Positions 1 to 9,823 are shown, counted from the first letter of the stretch. The stretch is DNA of 64,000 nucleotides from an uncultured Acidobacteriaceae bacterium (GCA_964245435.1 CAXTMF010000008.1:32772-96771), one strand, 5' to 3'. The notes: generated by a model not told the origin, from the sequence alone. Numbers and translations: made by a program.

Positions 1-71
1 GAGTCTTTCAGCTCGCGGTATTGCGCCTGGAGATTGATATACGGCAGGCTGGCTTTTTGGGCTTCGCTCAC
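1..71 (-). CDS. PLP-dependent sugar aminotransferase (DegT/DnrJ/EryC1/StrS-like), first 23 codons only; the gene continues past the left edge
   Basis: The reverse strand from GTG 71..69 reads VSEAQKASLPYINLQAQYRELKD, with an in-frame TGA just upstream. This resembles the usual P-(F/Y)-(I/V)-(D/N)-L-x-A-Q-Y N-terminus of this family. The fragment is too short for certainty. Confidence 0.3.
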   Translation of the reverse strand, partial: MSEAQKASLPYINLQAQYRELKD

Positions 72-148
72 ACCTCATTCTCTCACTCGGGCGTCAATCG
101 ACTGGCCTCTGGCGTTGCCCTGCGGCCAGCGCCGGGCAAGTTCACCTC

Positions 149-913
149 CTAGCCGAGGCGCTCCAGCATATCTTCCGGCGTCATGCGAATGCAGGTAAAG
201 ATCGGTGTGTCGCGGAGCGTGTAGGGGCTGATCTCGGTTTCACGCAGCTGCTGCACCAGGTCGAGGAAGTCCTCCGGGTAGTTTGTCTCGAACGCAACAA
301 CAAACTCCTGGTCATCGATACCGAATGAGTAAGTCGTGTTCAGCTTGACGCGCGGATAGGCCTGACCGATCCGAATGTGCTCATTCATCAAGCGCTGCCG
401 CTCTTCCAGCGGCAGCAGGTACCAGGCGCGGGTCTTCCAGAACGGATAGATGAAGATGTACTTCTGGCCGCCAGGCCGCAGTTTCGTCCGCGACTCGGCA
501 TGCATTTCGCCGTTGATCAAGTACTGCGAACGCTTTGTCATGGAGAGATAACTGTACGGCGTCTCGAGATAGCCACCCAGCGGCGTCGCCAGTAGCTCAG
601 CCCGCATCTGGTTCAGGTCGTCGACCGTGTAGCAGATCGTCCAGAGCACCATGTCGCAGTCGCCGCGTAGCCCTACAGTCGAGTAGGAAAGCGTGAGCAT
701 CCGGTTCAGCTGGTTCCATTGAAGCAGCACCTCGGCAAACTGCCGTCTATGCTCGGCACGCTCTGCAGCAGGCAGCCGGCGCCACTCCGGCAAGACCTTG
801 TAAAAGGTAAAACCGATCGTCTGGCGCTTGACCTCAGGCTGACCACGCTTCGCGAACTGTTCTCCAGCTTCTGTGCCCTCCAATACCTCGGGCGTCGCAA
901 CTGCGTCTGCCAT
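149..913 (-). CDS. hemQ: Chlorite-dismutase-family protein, probably coproheme decarboxylase (HemQ/ChdC)
   Basis: 254-aa ORF with a recognisable chlorite-dismutase-fold sequence (e.g. QKYIFIYPFWKTRAWYLLPLEERQRLMNEHIRIG). Outside (per)chlorate respirers this family acts in the coproporphyrin-dependent heme pathway. Confidence 0.75.
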   Translation of the reverse strand: MADAVATPEVLEGTEAGEQFAKRGQPEVKRQTIGFTFYKVLPEWRRLPAAERAEHRRQFAEVLLQWNQLNRMLTLSYSTVGLRGDCDMVLWTICYTVDDLNQMRAELLATPLGGYLETPYSYLSMTKRSQYLINGEMHAESRTKLRPGGQKYIFIYPFWKTRAWYLLPLEERQRLMNEHIRIGQAYPRVKLNTTYSFGIDDQEFVVAFETNYPEDFLDLVQQLRETEISPYTLRDTPIFTCIRMTPEDMLERLG

Positions 914-1005
914 GATGCGCTCTCCTCTACTGTTTCAGTTTATCGCAGGGACGGACGGGACTCCGCTTGGGGCTAAAGCCGTCTTTACCAGCAGAGGTCG
1001 GGAGG

Positions 1006-1221
1006 CTAGTCGGCCATGATCATCACCTCTGTTGACTTGATAAGTGCTGTAACGGAGTCACCCTTCTGCACGCCCATCTCCTCTACGCTTTGGCGGGTAA
1101 TCACGCTTTCGATCAGGTTCTCGCCGACGCGGACCGTTACTTTCGCGGTGACCGTGCCGAGTACGATCTCCTCGACCGTGCCGCGTAGCTGGTTGCGGGC
1201 TGAAATCTTCTGGTTTGTCAT
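1006..1221 (-). CDS. mop: Molybdenum-pterin/molybdate-binding protein, single TOBE (Mop) domain
   Basis: The start is most likely ATG 1221 (71 aa), with GGAG/GAGG motifs within 15 nt upstream, rather than the 125-aa ORF start. MTNQKISARNQLRGTVEEIVLGTVTAKVTVRV...ALIKSTEVMI matches the Mop/TOBE pattern. Confidence 0.75.
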   Translation of the reverse strand: MTNQKISARNQLRGTVEEIVLGTVTAKVTVRVGENLIESVITRQSVEEMGVQKGDSVTALIKSTEVMIMAD

Positions 1222-1344
1222 GGTTCCTCTGCTCCTTTGAGATGCACGGAGTGTTGAGGTTCTCCTTGTGCTTCGCCGCAAGCGCGAGATAGCTTCTGCG
1301 TATGTCCACGCGTGACCCTTTCGCAGGTGTCGCCTGCTCCCTCT

Positions 1345-1693
1345 ATGCGCGCCAGCGCTGTCGTCGCTCTTGATAGTCCCCACCCTGCCGTTCAGGTCGA
1401 ACTACCGCATACCACGCTTCTTTAGCCGTCGCGCCAGTTCGCCGTGCTCACCTGCATAGACGCGCGGCTTGATCCGGCAAAGTTCGCGAGTCTTGCTGAA
1501 GGCGACGCACACATGATCCGTAATGCCGCCGGCCGCGCCAACGATGATGCCATCCGTTCGCTCATCATCCGCTACAAGCTGCTTGGGACGCGCGAGTTTT
1601 TCGTCATCTACCACACCAAATGTGGCATGGAGTTCTTCAAGAAAGCGGTCGTCTCAACGAGGTGCCGCAAGCGACAGCAGCGGGACAGGTCTG
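1345..1693 (+). pseudogene. Beta-class carbonic anhydrase remnant (in-frame stop plus internal deletion/frameshift)
   Basis: The frame of ATG 1345 runs 26 codons to TAG 1423-1425, then reads [68 protein letters not shown]. This carries the C-x-D-x-R and H-x-x-C zinc-site motifs of beta-CAs. After CGM the frame degenerates. The +1 frame (1640-1693) reads ESGRLNEV...stop, which resembles the extreme C-terminus of this CA subclass, so about 60-70 codons appear to be lost. Confidence 0.55.
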
Positions 1694-1778
1694 ACCACAC
1701 CGCCCTTGTCACCGACGATGACCGCCGTACCCTCTTGGCCCAGCGAAGCAATAACAGAGCCACGGTATACTCCCCGCA

Positions 1779-2420
1779 ATGTCGGAAAAGATCATCGCCT
1801 CGCTGGCTGCTTTCATCACCGCCGTGATCGGCGCGACCGGGTACCTCGGCATAGCGCTCCTCATGGGTATCGAATCGGCATGCGTACCGTTGCCGTCGGA
1901 AATCATCATGCCCTTCGCCGGATACCAGGTGTACCTGCACCACCTCACGCTGTGGGGCGTTGCCACGGCCGGGGCACTCGGCTGTAATCTCGGCTCAGCG
2001 GTCGCTTACTGGGTGGGTGCTTATGGCGGCCGGCCGCTGGTCGAGCGTTTCGGGCGGTATGTGCTGCTTAGCCGGCACGATCTCGACCGCACAACCATAT
2101 TTTTCGAGAGATACGGCTCGCCGACTGTGCTGATCGGGCGTCTGCTGCCTGTTGTGCGCACGTTTATCGCACTGCCGGCCGGGATCGCCCGCATGCCGCA
2201 GCTCCGTTTCCACATCTACACCTTTGTAGGCTCCTGGCCATGGTGCTTTGTGCTCGCATATGTCGGCATGAAGCTCGGCGAACACTGGGACACGGATCCA
2301 CGCTTTAAGGCCATCTTCCACCGCTTCCATGTAGCGGTAGAGATGGTAATCCTTCTAGGCATCGCCTGGTTCCTTTGGAGCCATTTGCGGCGCGGACGCG
2401 AAGAGACCGCTGCCGCTTAG
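1779..2420 (+). CDS. DedA family (SNARE-associated) membrane protein
   Basis: 213 aa, multi-TM, with DedA signature blocks [20 protein letters not shown] and [20 protein letters not shown]. Confidence 0.85.
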   Translation: MSEKIIASLAAFITAVIGATGYLGIALLMGIESACVPLPSEIIMPFAGYQVYLHHLTLWGVATAGALGCNLGSAVAYWVGAYGGRPLVERFGRYVLLSRHDLDRTTIFFERYGSPTVLIGRLLPVVRTFIALPAGIARMPQLRFHIYTFVGSWPWCFVLAYVGMKLGEHWDTDPRFKAIFHRFHVAVEMVILLGIAWFLWSHLRRGREETAAA

Positions 2421-2576
2421 AGCCGCCACGCTCGCTACGGCCGTTCATTTGCCAAAACTGTCTTCAACAGGCGACACTAACCTGTTTGGTGGCAGAGCCT
2501 TCGTGCGTCTCGTGTTCGTCGTGTGAGCCCCGACAGCAATCCTGCATATCGTTCGGGAAGGACGGAAACACACGGA

Positions 2577-3890
2577 ATGGAAACACAAAAGCCCAAGCAG
2601 CCGACTGGCAAGCTGGGCGTGATGACTGTTGGGATGGGCGCGGTAGCGACCACCCTGATCGCTGGAGTCGAAGCTGTTCGCCGCGGGCTTTCAAAGCCGA
2701 TCGGTTCGCAGACGCAGATGGGCCACATCCGGCTTGGTAAGCGCACCGACGAGAACTCGCCACTGATCCGCGACTTTGCTCCGCTCGCCTCGCTCGATGA
2801 TATCGAGTTCACCGGCTGGGATATCTACGACGAAAATATGTACCAGGCGGCCTCGACGGCAAACGTGCTGGAGCGCTCGCATCTGGAGACGATCAAGCCT
2901 TTTCTCGAAGCCATTAAGCCGATGCCGGCGGTCTTCGACCAGCACTATGTGAAGCGGCTAAGCGGCACGCATGTTAAGAAAGGCCGTTCGAAGTGCGACC
3001 TGGCGCAGCAACTTCGGTCCGATATTCAGTCGTTCTCAGCAACAGTCGACCGTGTAGTTGTAATCTGGTGCGGCTCAACGGAAATCTTCATTGAACCGAC
3101 CGCCGTCCATGCCACACTGGCCTCCTTCGAAGAAGGCTTGAACAACGACGACCCGGCAATCGCACCTTCGCAGATCTATGCTTATGCCGCGCTGATGGAG
3201 GGTGTGCCCTTCGCGAACGGCGCGCCGAATCTCACGGTCGATCTGCCCTGCATGGTAGAGCTAGCCCGAAAAACGAAGACGCCGATCTGCGGCAAGGACT
3301 TCAAGACCGGTCAAACGTTTCTCAAGACGGTTCTTGCGCCGGCGTTCAAGGCACGCATGCTGGGCGTTGCGGGCTGGTACTCGACCAACATCCTCGGTAA
3401 CCGAGATGGCGAAGTGCTCGACGATCCGGAATCGTTCAAAACCAAAGAAGAGTCGAAACTGGGCGCGCTTGAGTACATCCTGCAGCCCGAACTCTACCCC
3501 GACCTTTACTCGGACATGTACCACAAAGTCCGCATCAATTACTATCCGCCGCGTGGCGACAATAAAGAGGGCTGGGATAACATCGACATCTTCGGCTGGC
3601 TTGGCTACCCGATGCAGATCAAGGTCGATTTCCTCTGTCGCGATTCGATCCTCGCTGCGCCACTCGCACTCGACCTGATCCTCTTCATGGATTTGGCGAA
3701 GCGCACCCCAGAGCTGGCTGCGCTTGGCATTCAGGAGTGGCTAAGCTTCTACTTCAAGGCGCCACAGACAGCTGAGGGGCTCTACCCGGAGCACGATCTC
3801 TTCATCCAGCTCATGAAGCTTAAGAACACCCTGCGTCACATCATGGGTGAGGAACTGATCACGCATCTTGGCCTGGAGTACTACGACTGA
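2577..3890 (+). CDS. ino1: myo-Inositol-1-phosphate (inositol-3-phosphate) synthase
   Basis: Conserved MIPS blocks: NGAPN, GKDFKTGQT, STNILGNRDG. Rossmann-type N-terminus GVMTVGMGAVATT. I prefer ATG 2577, but the ORF could start at 2523. Confidence 0.85.
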   Translation: METQKPKQPTGKLGVMTVGMGAVATTLIAGVEAVRRGLSKPIGSQTQMGHIRLGKRTDENSPLIRDFAPLASLDDIEFTGWDIYDENMYQAASTANVLERSHLETIKPFLEAIKPMPAVFDQHYVKRLSGTHVKKGRSKCDLAQQLRSDIQSFSATVDRVVVIWCGSTEIFIEPTAVHATLASFEEGLNNDDPAIAPSQIYAYAALMEGVPFANGAPNLTVDLPCMVELARKTKTPICGKDFKTGQTFLKTVLAPAFKARMLGVAGWYSTNILGNRDGEVLDDPESFKTKEESKLGALEYILQPELYPDLYSDMYHKVRINYYPPRGDNKEGWDNIDIFGWLGYPMQIKVDFLCRDSILAAPLALDLILFMDLAKRTPELAALGIQEWLSFYFKAPQTAEGLYPEHDLFIQLMKLKNTLRHIMGEELITHLGLEYYD

Positions 3891-4059
3891 AGCTGCCTTG
3901 GCACACTGCTTCACGAAGGCGAGCTTCGGCTCGCCGTCCTCTTTGGTGGACCGGCCACACCTATAGGCGCCGGTAGATGCTCGCATTCCCCCTTCACGCT
4001 CCGTGGCATAGTGTTGTGTACCGGGTTGTGTACGCGCGGGGGAACCAGAAGGAGCAGAG

Positions 4060-6213
4060 ATGCGGAAGCAGTGGCGCAGGGCAGCGATTGTATTGGCGGG
4101 CATCAGCATCTTCTACGTGGCGTTCCAGATCCACGCGCAGGCCGGCGGCGCAGCTGACAAGTACACGTGGCTTGAAGACGTCTCGAGCGCCCGCTCGATG
4201 AACTGGGTCAAGACGGAAAACGCTCGCACAGAAAAGGTGCTGGAGGCTGACCCGCGCTACGCGACAAATCTCGCCGACGCACTGACCCTAGCCCAGGACC
4301 CCAACCGGCTCCCTCTGCCGAGCCTGCGCGGGGGCGAAATCTACAACCAATGGCGTGACGCGACCAACCCGCGCGGTCTGCTACGAAAGACCAAGCTGGC
4401 CGACTACTTAAACGCCAAGCCGCACTGGCAGACGGTGATCGACTTCGACGCGTTGGGCCGCACAGAGAAAACGGGATGGGTAAGCCGCGGTCTGAGCTGC
4501 CTGTATCCCGGCGATCGCTTCTGCATGGTCGCTCTCTCGGCAGGCGGTGAGGACGCGACCACTGACCGCGAGTTTGATCTGAAGACCGGGCAGTTCGTCC
4601 CTGGCGGCTTCACGCTGCCGCACAGCAAACAGAGCGCGGAGTGGGCGGACAAAGACACGCTGCTGATCGCGCACGACTGGGGCGCGGGCACGATGACCGC
4701 GTCCGGTTATCCATTCGTGGTGAAGGAATGGAAGCGCAGTACGCCGCTCGAGAGCGCGCACGAGATCTTCCGCGGCGCCCCTGGCGACGAAGTCGGTTCG
4801 CGAGCCTCCGTGCTGAACGATGCCCAGGGCCACTCTGTCACGCTCATTCGCCGCGGCGTGACCTTCTTTACCAACCAGACGTTCGTCCGCACAGCCAAAG
4901 GTATAGAAAGGCTGGCCATCCCGCCCAAGGCCGATGTTGCCGACCTAATCGACGGGCGCCTGCTTGTGGAGCTGCGCGAGGATTGGCAGCCCGAGGGACA
5001 GGCGCGCAAGTTCGTACAGGGCTCGCTCGTCGAGCTGAACCTGGCTGACGTGCTTCGCGATCCGGCGCACCTGCGGCCCGCGATTGTGTTTGAGCCTTCG
5101 GCGCAGGAATTCCTGCAGGAGCTTTCCTCGACTCGCGACCGCCTGATCGTGACCACGCTTGAGAACGTGCAGGGACGGGCCTACGTCTACAAGCCCGCGG
5201 CTGGTGGCTGGACCAAAACACGGCTGAAGCTCCCGGAAAACGTCTCCGTACACATTGCATCGACGAGCCCAACGGACAACCACTTCTTTCTCTCGATTAC
5301 CAGCTTTTTGACACCTCCCGCTGTGTGGCTTGGTGATGCGAGCGCGGGAACGCTGGCGGAAGCCAAGAGCCAGCCGGCGCAGTTTGACGCTTCGGCAGAT
5401 ACGGTCGACCAGTACTTCGCTGTTTCTAAGGATGGAACCCGTGTGCCCTACTTCGTCGTCCACCGCAGGGATCTGCAGTACAACGGCAGCAACCCGACCC
5501 TGCTGAATGCGTACGGCGGCTTCCAGGTATCCGAAACACCGACCTACTCGGCCTACCTGGGCAAACTCTGGCTCGAAAAGGGCGGCGTGTTCGTGCTGGC
5601 CAACATCCGCGGCGGCGGCGAGTTTGGACCGGCCTGGCACGAGGCCGGTCTGACCACGCACCGGCAACGCATCTACGACGACTTCGCGGCTGTCGGTGAG
5701 GACCTGATCGCGCGCAAGATTACCTCACCCGAGCACCTGGGCATTGAAGGCGGCTCAAACGGTGGGCTGCTGATGGGCGTCGAGATGGAACAGCACCCGG
5801 ACCTATGGAATGCGGTCGTGATCCAGGTGCCTTTGCTGGATATGCTGGGATACGAGCACATTGCCGCGGGCGCCAGCTGGGTCGGCGAGTACGGCTCGGT
5901 CAGCATACCCGAGCAGCGTGCCTTTCTTGCCTCGATCTCGCCCTACAATCAGCTTAAAGCGGATGGCAAGTACCCGGAGCCGCTCATCTTCACGACCACG
6001 AAGGACGATCGCGTAGGCCCGCAGCACGCCCGGAAGTTTGCCGCAAAGATGGAGGAGTACAGGGAGCCGTTCTTCTACGAAGAAATCACCGAGGGTGGCC
6101 ACGGTACCGGGGCCGACCTGAAGCAGGAAGCCGGCACATACGCGCTGACCTACACCTATCTCACGCGTAAGCTGATGGGCGGCGATGCGGGTGCGACGAC
6201 AGCCGCACGTTAG
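4060..6213 (+). CDS. Prolyl oligopeptidase family (S9A) serine peptidase, secreted
   Basis: 717 aa with a signal peptide ending FQIHAQA, an N-terminal propeller-sized region, and a C-terminal alpha/beta-hydrolase carrying the GGSNGGLL nucleophile elbow and DDRV...GGHG acid/His region. Confidence 0.85.
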   Translation: MRKQWRRAAIVLAGISIFYVAFQIHAQAGGAADKYTWLEDVSSARSMNWVKTENARTEKVLEADPRYATNLADALTLAQDPNRLPLPSLRGGEIYNQWRDATNPRGLLRKTKLADYLNAKPHWQTVIDFDALGRTEKTGWVSRGLSCLYPGDRFCMVALSAGGEDATTDREFDLKTGQFVPGGFTLPHSKQSAEWADKDTLLIAHDWGAGTMTASGYPFVVKEWKRSTPLESAHEIFRGAPGDEVGSRASVLNDAQGHSVTLIRRGVTFFTNQTFVRTAKGIERLAIPPKADVADLIDGRLLVELREDWQPEGQARKFVQGSLVELNLADVLRDPAHLRPAIVFEPSAQEFLQELSSTRDRLIVTTLENVQGRAYVYKPAAGGWTKTRLKLPENVSVHIASTSPTDNHFFLSITSFLTPPAVWLGDASAGTLAEAKSQPAQFDASADTVDQYFAVSKDGTRVPYFVVHRRDLQYNGSNPTLLNAYGGFQVSETPTYSAYLGKLWLEKGGVFVLANIRGGGEFGPAWHEAGLTTHRQRIYDDFAAVGEDLIARKITSPEHLGIEGGSNGGLLMGVEMEQHPDLWNAVVIQVPLLDMLGYEHIAAGASWVGEYGSVSIPEQRAFLASISPYNQLKADGKYPEPLIFTTTKDDRVGPQHARKFAAKMEEYREPFFYEEITEGGHGTGADLKQEAGTYALTYTYLTRKLMGGDAGATTAAR

Positions 6214-6276
6214 GCCATATTTCGTCAATCAAAGGCGAGTGGGCGCTCCGGAGCTTACTTTTAGAGCCTACGGCTT

Positions 6277-6885
6277 CTACAGCCAGCCTTTGGTGCGGGC
6301 GATCCGTGCCGCCTCAACCCGGTTGGAGGCGCCAAGCTTGCTGGATGCCTCGGACAGATAGTTACGGACGGTGCCTTCGGAGAGGCGGAACTCGGCCGCG
6401 ATTTCGGCTGAGGAGCGACCTTCGCCGGCAAGCCTGAGGATCTGACGCTCACGTTCCGAGAGTGGGTCAGCTTCGGCCCATGCTTCGGCTGCGAGCTCAG
6501 GGTCGAAGACCCGCTTGCCTGCGTGAACCTGCCGGACAGCGTTGGCCAGCTCGGCTGAGGGCCGGTCTTTGAGCAGGTAGCCTTTCGCGCCGGCATCAAG
6601 GGCACGGCGCAAATAGCCCGGCCGGGCAAACGTAGTCAGCACAATGGTCCGGACTGCCGGGTAGCGGTCGCGCACTTCGGCGGCGAGGGAGAGCCCGCTG
6701 AGCTCCGGCATTTCAACATCGGTGACGAGGACGTCGGGTAAGAGATTCGGAATCGCGCTGAGTGCTTCGCGGCCATTGGCGGCACGGCCGCAGACAGTGA
6801 TATCGGGTTCCAGCTCCAGCAGCGCAGCGAGCGCCCCCAGCAGCATCGCCTGGTCCTCAGCGACCAACACCCGGATAGGGCTCAC
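6277..6885 (-). CDS. Two-component response regulator, NarL/FixJ (LuxR HTH) family
   Basis: REC domain (VLVAEDQAMLL...DVLVTDVEMPELSG) plus a GerE/LuxR HTH (LSERERQILRLAGEGRSSAEIAAEFRLSEGTVRNYL). No histidine kinase lies next to it. Confidence 0.9.
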   Translation of the reverse strand: MSPIRVLVAEDQAMLLGALAALLELEPDITVCGRAANGREALSAIPNLLPDVLVTDVEMPELSGLSLAAEVRDRYPAVRTIVLTTFARPGYLRRALDAGAKGYLLKDRPSAELANAVRQVHAGKRVFDPELAAEAWAEADPLSERERQILRLAGEGRSSAEIAAEFRLSEGTVRNYLSEASSKLGASNRVEAARIARTKGWL

Positions 6886-6916
6886 GCATTACTCTCTTCC
6901 ATGCGGAGCTCCAGCC

Positions 6917-7666
6917 TCAGTCCTGGTCGGCCCAGAGCTTGATGCCGCCGAGCAGCCCATCTTGATTGGAGACAAGGCTGACGTTCTCCTGAAGCTCGAA
7001 GCTGACCAGCTTCGCATTGCCGCCGCCTATATAGAGGTGGTCCCAGTTAAACGTGTGAGCGGTCTGGTCGATAGCCTTTTGGAGAAGCTTGTTCCACTTC
7101 TTGGGGCCAATCTCCTTCATGCCGCGGCGTCCCAGGTAATCCTCGTAGGTGCGGCCCTTGCGGAAGGGATGGTGACCGAGCTCGAGCCCTGGACTCAGGC
7201 GACCGCGGGTGAACAGTGCCGAACCAAGCCCGGTGCCGAGTGTGATCACCAGCTCCACGCCTTCGCCGCAGATCGCTCCGTACCCTTGCACAGCGGCATC
7301 ATTAGCCACACGGGTGGGCTTGCCCCAGCGCTTTTCGCATTCACCCTGCAGGTCAAAACCTACCCAGTCCGGGTGGAGGTTTGCCGCCGTAAGGGTCCGT
7401 CCGCCCTTGATCACGCCAGGGAAGCCGACTGAAACGCGATCAAATGGCGGGATCTGCGTGCGGAGTTTCTCCAGTTCCTCCAGCACTCGGGCCGGCGTCG
7501 GCTTAACCGGCGTCTCCGTGCGGACGCGCTCTGTCATGGGCTTGGCATCGTTGTCGAGCGCCATCATCTTCAAGCCCGTACCGCCGATATCAATCGCCAG
7601 GGTGATGGGATGAGCGGGAGCCGCTTGGTTGGTCGTACCGGGGTGTGCTTCAGCCATGAAGTCCAT
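6917..7666 (-). CDS. ppgK: ROK-family glucokinase, polyphosphate/ATP glucokinase-like
   Basis: LAIDIGGTGLK ATP-binding N-terminus and about 250-aa ROK architecture. I chose ATG 7666 (or 7657) over the ORF maximum at 7720. Confidence 0.7.
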   Translation of the reverse strand: MDFMAEAHPGTTNQAAPAHPITLAIDIGGTGLKMMALDNDAKPMTERVRTETPVKPTPARVLEELEKLRTQIPPFDRVSVGFPGVIKGGRTLTAANLHPDWVGFDLQGECEKRWGKPTRVANDAAVQGYGAICGEGVELVITLGTGLGSALFTRGRLSPGLELGHHPFRKGRTYEDYLGRRGMKEIGPKKWNKLLQKAIDQTAHTFNWDHLYIGGGNAKLVSFELQENVSLVSNQDGLLGGIKLWADQD

Positions 7667-7880
7667 ACGCGTAGGTAGTGTAGATGGTGAAACCAAGTTG
7701 TGCATGCGCCGAAGCTGCAAACGCGCAAAACCTGTCTGTAGCTACTGAGAGCGCAAGCCTACGGCTGAGTCCGGGGGCGACGGATCTTATTTACCGGACC
7801 GAAAAGAATCGGACTCGGGGAGCCGCTGGGTTCATACTAGAAGCAGGGATCCTTCCCCTGGTCGCTCTGCTTACCTTGAG

Positions 7881-9119
7881 GTGTCTTGTATGACCACACG
7901 TTTGCTGGCCCTGGCCACAGTTTTGCTCGTCCCATCGGCGGTTCTGGCACAGAATGCGCCGGCTACACCGCCGCAGAGCCAGCCGACACCCTCGACGGTG
8001 CCCCAGACACCCCAAACTACGCCTCCGACGACCGCACCCCCGAGCACGACGCCGGGTCAGACGCCGAACTCGGGCGGCGATAAGAACGCCAAGCCAACTC
8101 CGGCCCCTGTCACCCCGGAAACGCCCGAGAAGCCGGTGCCGCTCGAGGCAAAGATAGGCCCGAATGGAGTAGTGCAGGGCGTTAAGCCAGGCAGCGATGA
8201 CGATGTCAGTGCTGTTGGCACACGAAATATCGGTGGGCGTGGCTTGGGAAACTGGTACTCGACCAACACCGAAATAGGCATGGGCAAGCAGTACTCGATG
8301 GAGCTGGAAAAGAGTACGAAGTTCATCAACGACCCGGTCGTTACCGAGTACGTTAACCGCGTGGCGCAGAATCTGGTCAAGAACTCCGACGCGAAAATCC
8401 CTTTCACGGTCAAAGTGGTCGATTCAGATGAGATCAACGCCTTTGCCCTGCCGGGCGGCTTCTTCTACGTCAACTCTGGGCTGATCCTCAACGCCGATAC
8501 CGAAGCCGAAATGGCTGGCGTTATGGCACACGAGATATCGCATGTAATCGCTCACCATGCTGTTCGGGAGCAGACCCGCATGAACTATGCCCAGCTCGGC
8601 ACGATCCCGCTCATCTTTGTTGGCGGCGGTCTGGGTTACGGCATCTACGAAGCATCGAACATCGCGATTCCGCTGACCTTCCTGCAGTTCTCGCGCGACT
8701 TCGAGGCACAGGCCGATTTTCTCGGAACGCAGTACCTTTACCGGGCCGGCTACGATCCACAGGCGCTGGTCACCTTCTTCGAGAAGATCGAGAACCTCGA
8801 GAAGAGGAAGCCAGGCGCGATCGCCAAGGCCTTTGAAACGCATCCGGCAACCCCGGACCGTATCGAGCGCACGCAGGATGAGATCGCAACATTGCTGCCT
8901 CCTCGGGCTGAGTACCTCGAAACGACATCTGAGTTCGACGATGTAAAAGCACGCCTAGCTCGCATTGAGAACAAGCGCAAGCTGGACGACAAGAAGAATG
9001 CAGGCAAGCCGACTCTGCGGCGCGCCAGTAGCTCCGATCCGAATGCGAATGATCCAAATGCGCAAACTGACGATGGCCGCCCGACGCTCCACAAGCGGGA
9101 CGACAGCAGCAGCAACTAA
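7881..9119 (+). CDS. M48-family zinc metalloprotease, secreted/periplasmic
   Basis: Signal peptide ending AVLAQ, a Pro/Thr/Gln-rich linker of about 90 aa, then an M48 domain with HEISHVIAHH (HExxH) and a downstream FETHPATPDRI block. Confidence 0.85.
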   Translation: MSCMTTRLLALATVLLVPSAVLAQNAPATPPQSQPTPSTVPQTPQTTPPTTAPPSTTPGQTPNSGGDKNAKPTPAPVTPETPEKPVPLEAKIGPNGVVQGVKPGSDDDVSAVGTRNIGGRGLGNWYSTNTEIGMGKQYSMELEKSTKFINDPVVTEYVNRVAQNLVKNSDAKIPFTVKVVDSDEINAFALPGGFFYVNSGLILNADTEAEMAGVMAHEISHVIAHHAVREQTRMNYAQLGTIPLIFVGGGLGYGIYEASNIAIPLTFLQFSRDFEAQADFLGTQYLYRAGYDPQALVTFFEKIENLEKRKPGAIAKAFETHPATPDRIERTQDEIATLLPPRAEYLETTSEFDDVKARLARIENKRKLDDKKNAGKPTLRRASSSDPNANDPNAQTDDGRPTLHKRDDSSSN

Positions 9120-9141
9120 GGTTTCGGCCACCCGGTAAAAC

Positions 9142-9200
9142 AAGGCATGTCAGTGTACGCAGCCCTTAGGGAACTGCGTCAGACATGCCTTTCCTTCTCC
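9142..9200 (+). terminator. Intrinsic-terminator-like hairpin after the M48 gene
   Basis: AAGGCATGTC (9142-9151) pairs with GACATGCCTT (9182-9191). An inner ACGCAG/CTGCGT stem sits between them, and a T/C-rich tail TTCCTTCTCC follows. Confidence 0.5.
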
Positions 9201-9292
9201 TGACGACAATTGCAGTCTCTATGTTCGCAGCTATGCAGAGGGCGCAAGTGCTCTAACGTACGCTCGCTTCAGTCTGATTTCGAGACGGGCCT

Positions 9293-9478
9293 ATGTCCAA
9301 ACGACGTAATACGCTGCACATTGTCAATGTCGCGCAGATGAGCGATGGCATTGTCGTGCTCTTTTCCGACGGTACTACAAGTCTGTTCCATACAGAGTTC
9401 CTGTACGAGATGCGCAATAGCGGCGACAATCGGGTGCTCCCCCGAGAGAGCGAGACGGAGATGCCCGGCACAGGCTAG
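9293..9478 (+). CDS. Small hypothetical protein (weak DUF971-like pattern)
   Basis: 61-aa ORF. IVVLFSDGTTSLFHTEFLYEMR resembles the DUF971 pattern L-x-V-x-(W/F)-S-D-G...F...(W/F)-L. There is no other support. Confidence 0.35.
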   Translation: MSKRRNTLHIVNVAQMSDGIVVLFSDGTTSLFHTEFLYEMRNSGDNRVLPRESETEMPGTG

Positions 9479-9589
9479 AGGACCTTACAGCACCCTCAAC
9501 GGGCACGATCAACCGAGTCCGGAGCTAACTCCTGCCTCTGCTCACCATCCGCAGAATGATAACGAGTACCAATCCGGCGAGGATTAGCT

Positions 9590-9823
9590 TTAGCACTTCT
9601 TACACTTTGCCAGGATTGCAGCCTGCAGCCGGTCCCGGAGCGAATCCGGCAGGTCATAGAGCACGTTCGAACGGTACACCTCGATGGTCTTACGGGTCGT
9701 GGTCACCGTAATGGTGCAGTGTTCGCATACGCCGAGATGACTCTGCAGCGCGGAGCGCAGGTCGAGGTCAACGGTGTCATCGAGCAGGTCATCCAGGTGC
9801 AGCAAAAACTCAGAGCAGATCAC
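9590..9823 (-). CDS. Soluble zinc-binding anti-sigma factor (ZAS, zf-HC2)
   Basis: 77 aa with no TM segment and an H-x3-C-x2-C motif (SHLGVCEHC). The GTG start overlaps the stop of the upstream ECF sigma gene by 4 nt. Confidence 0.75.
   Translation of the reverse strand: MICSEFLLHLDDLLDDTVDLDLRSALQSHLGVCEHCTITVTTTRKTIEVYRSNVLYDLPDSLRDRLQAAILAKCKKC

Noticed and set aside
1222-1400. Possible Moco riboswitch in the leader of the mop gene
   Set aside because: I looked for the conserved Moco-motif core (the CCUCCGAGCC-type element and its partner) on the minus strand and did not find it. The region also overlaps the carbonic-anhydrase remnant. A cmsearch with RF01055 would settle it.
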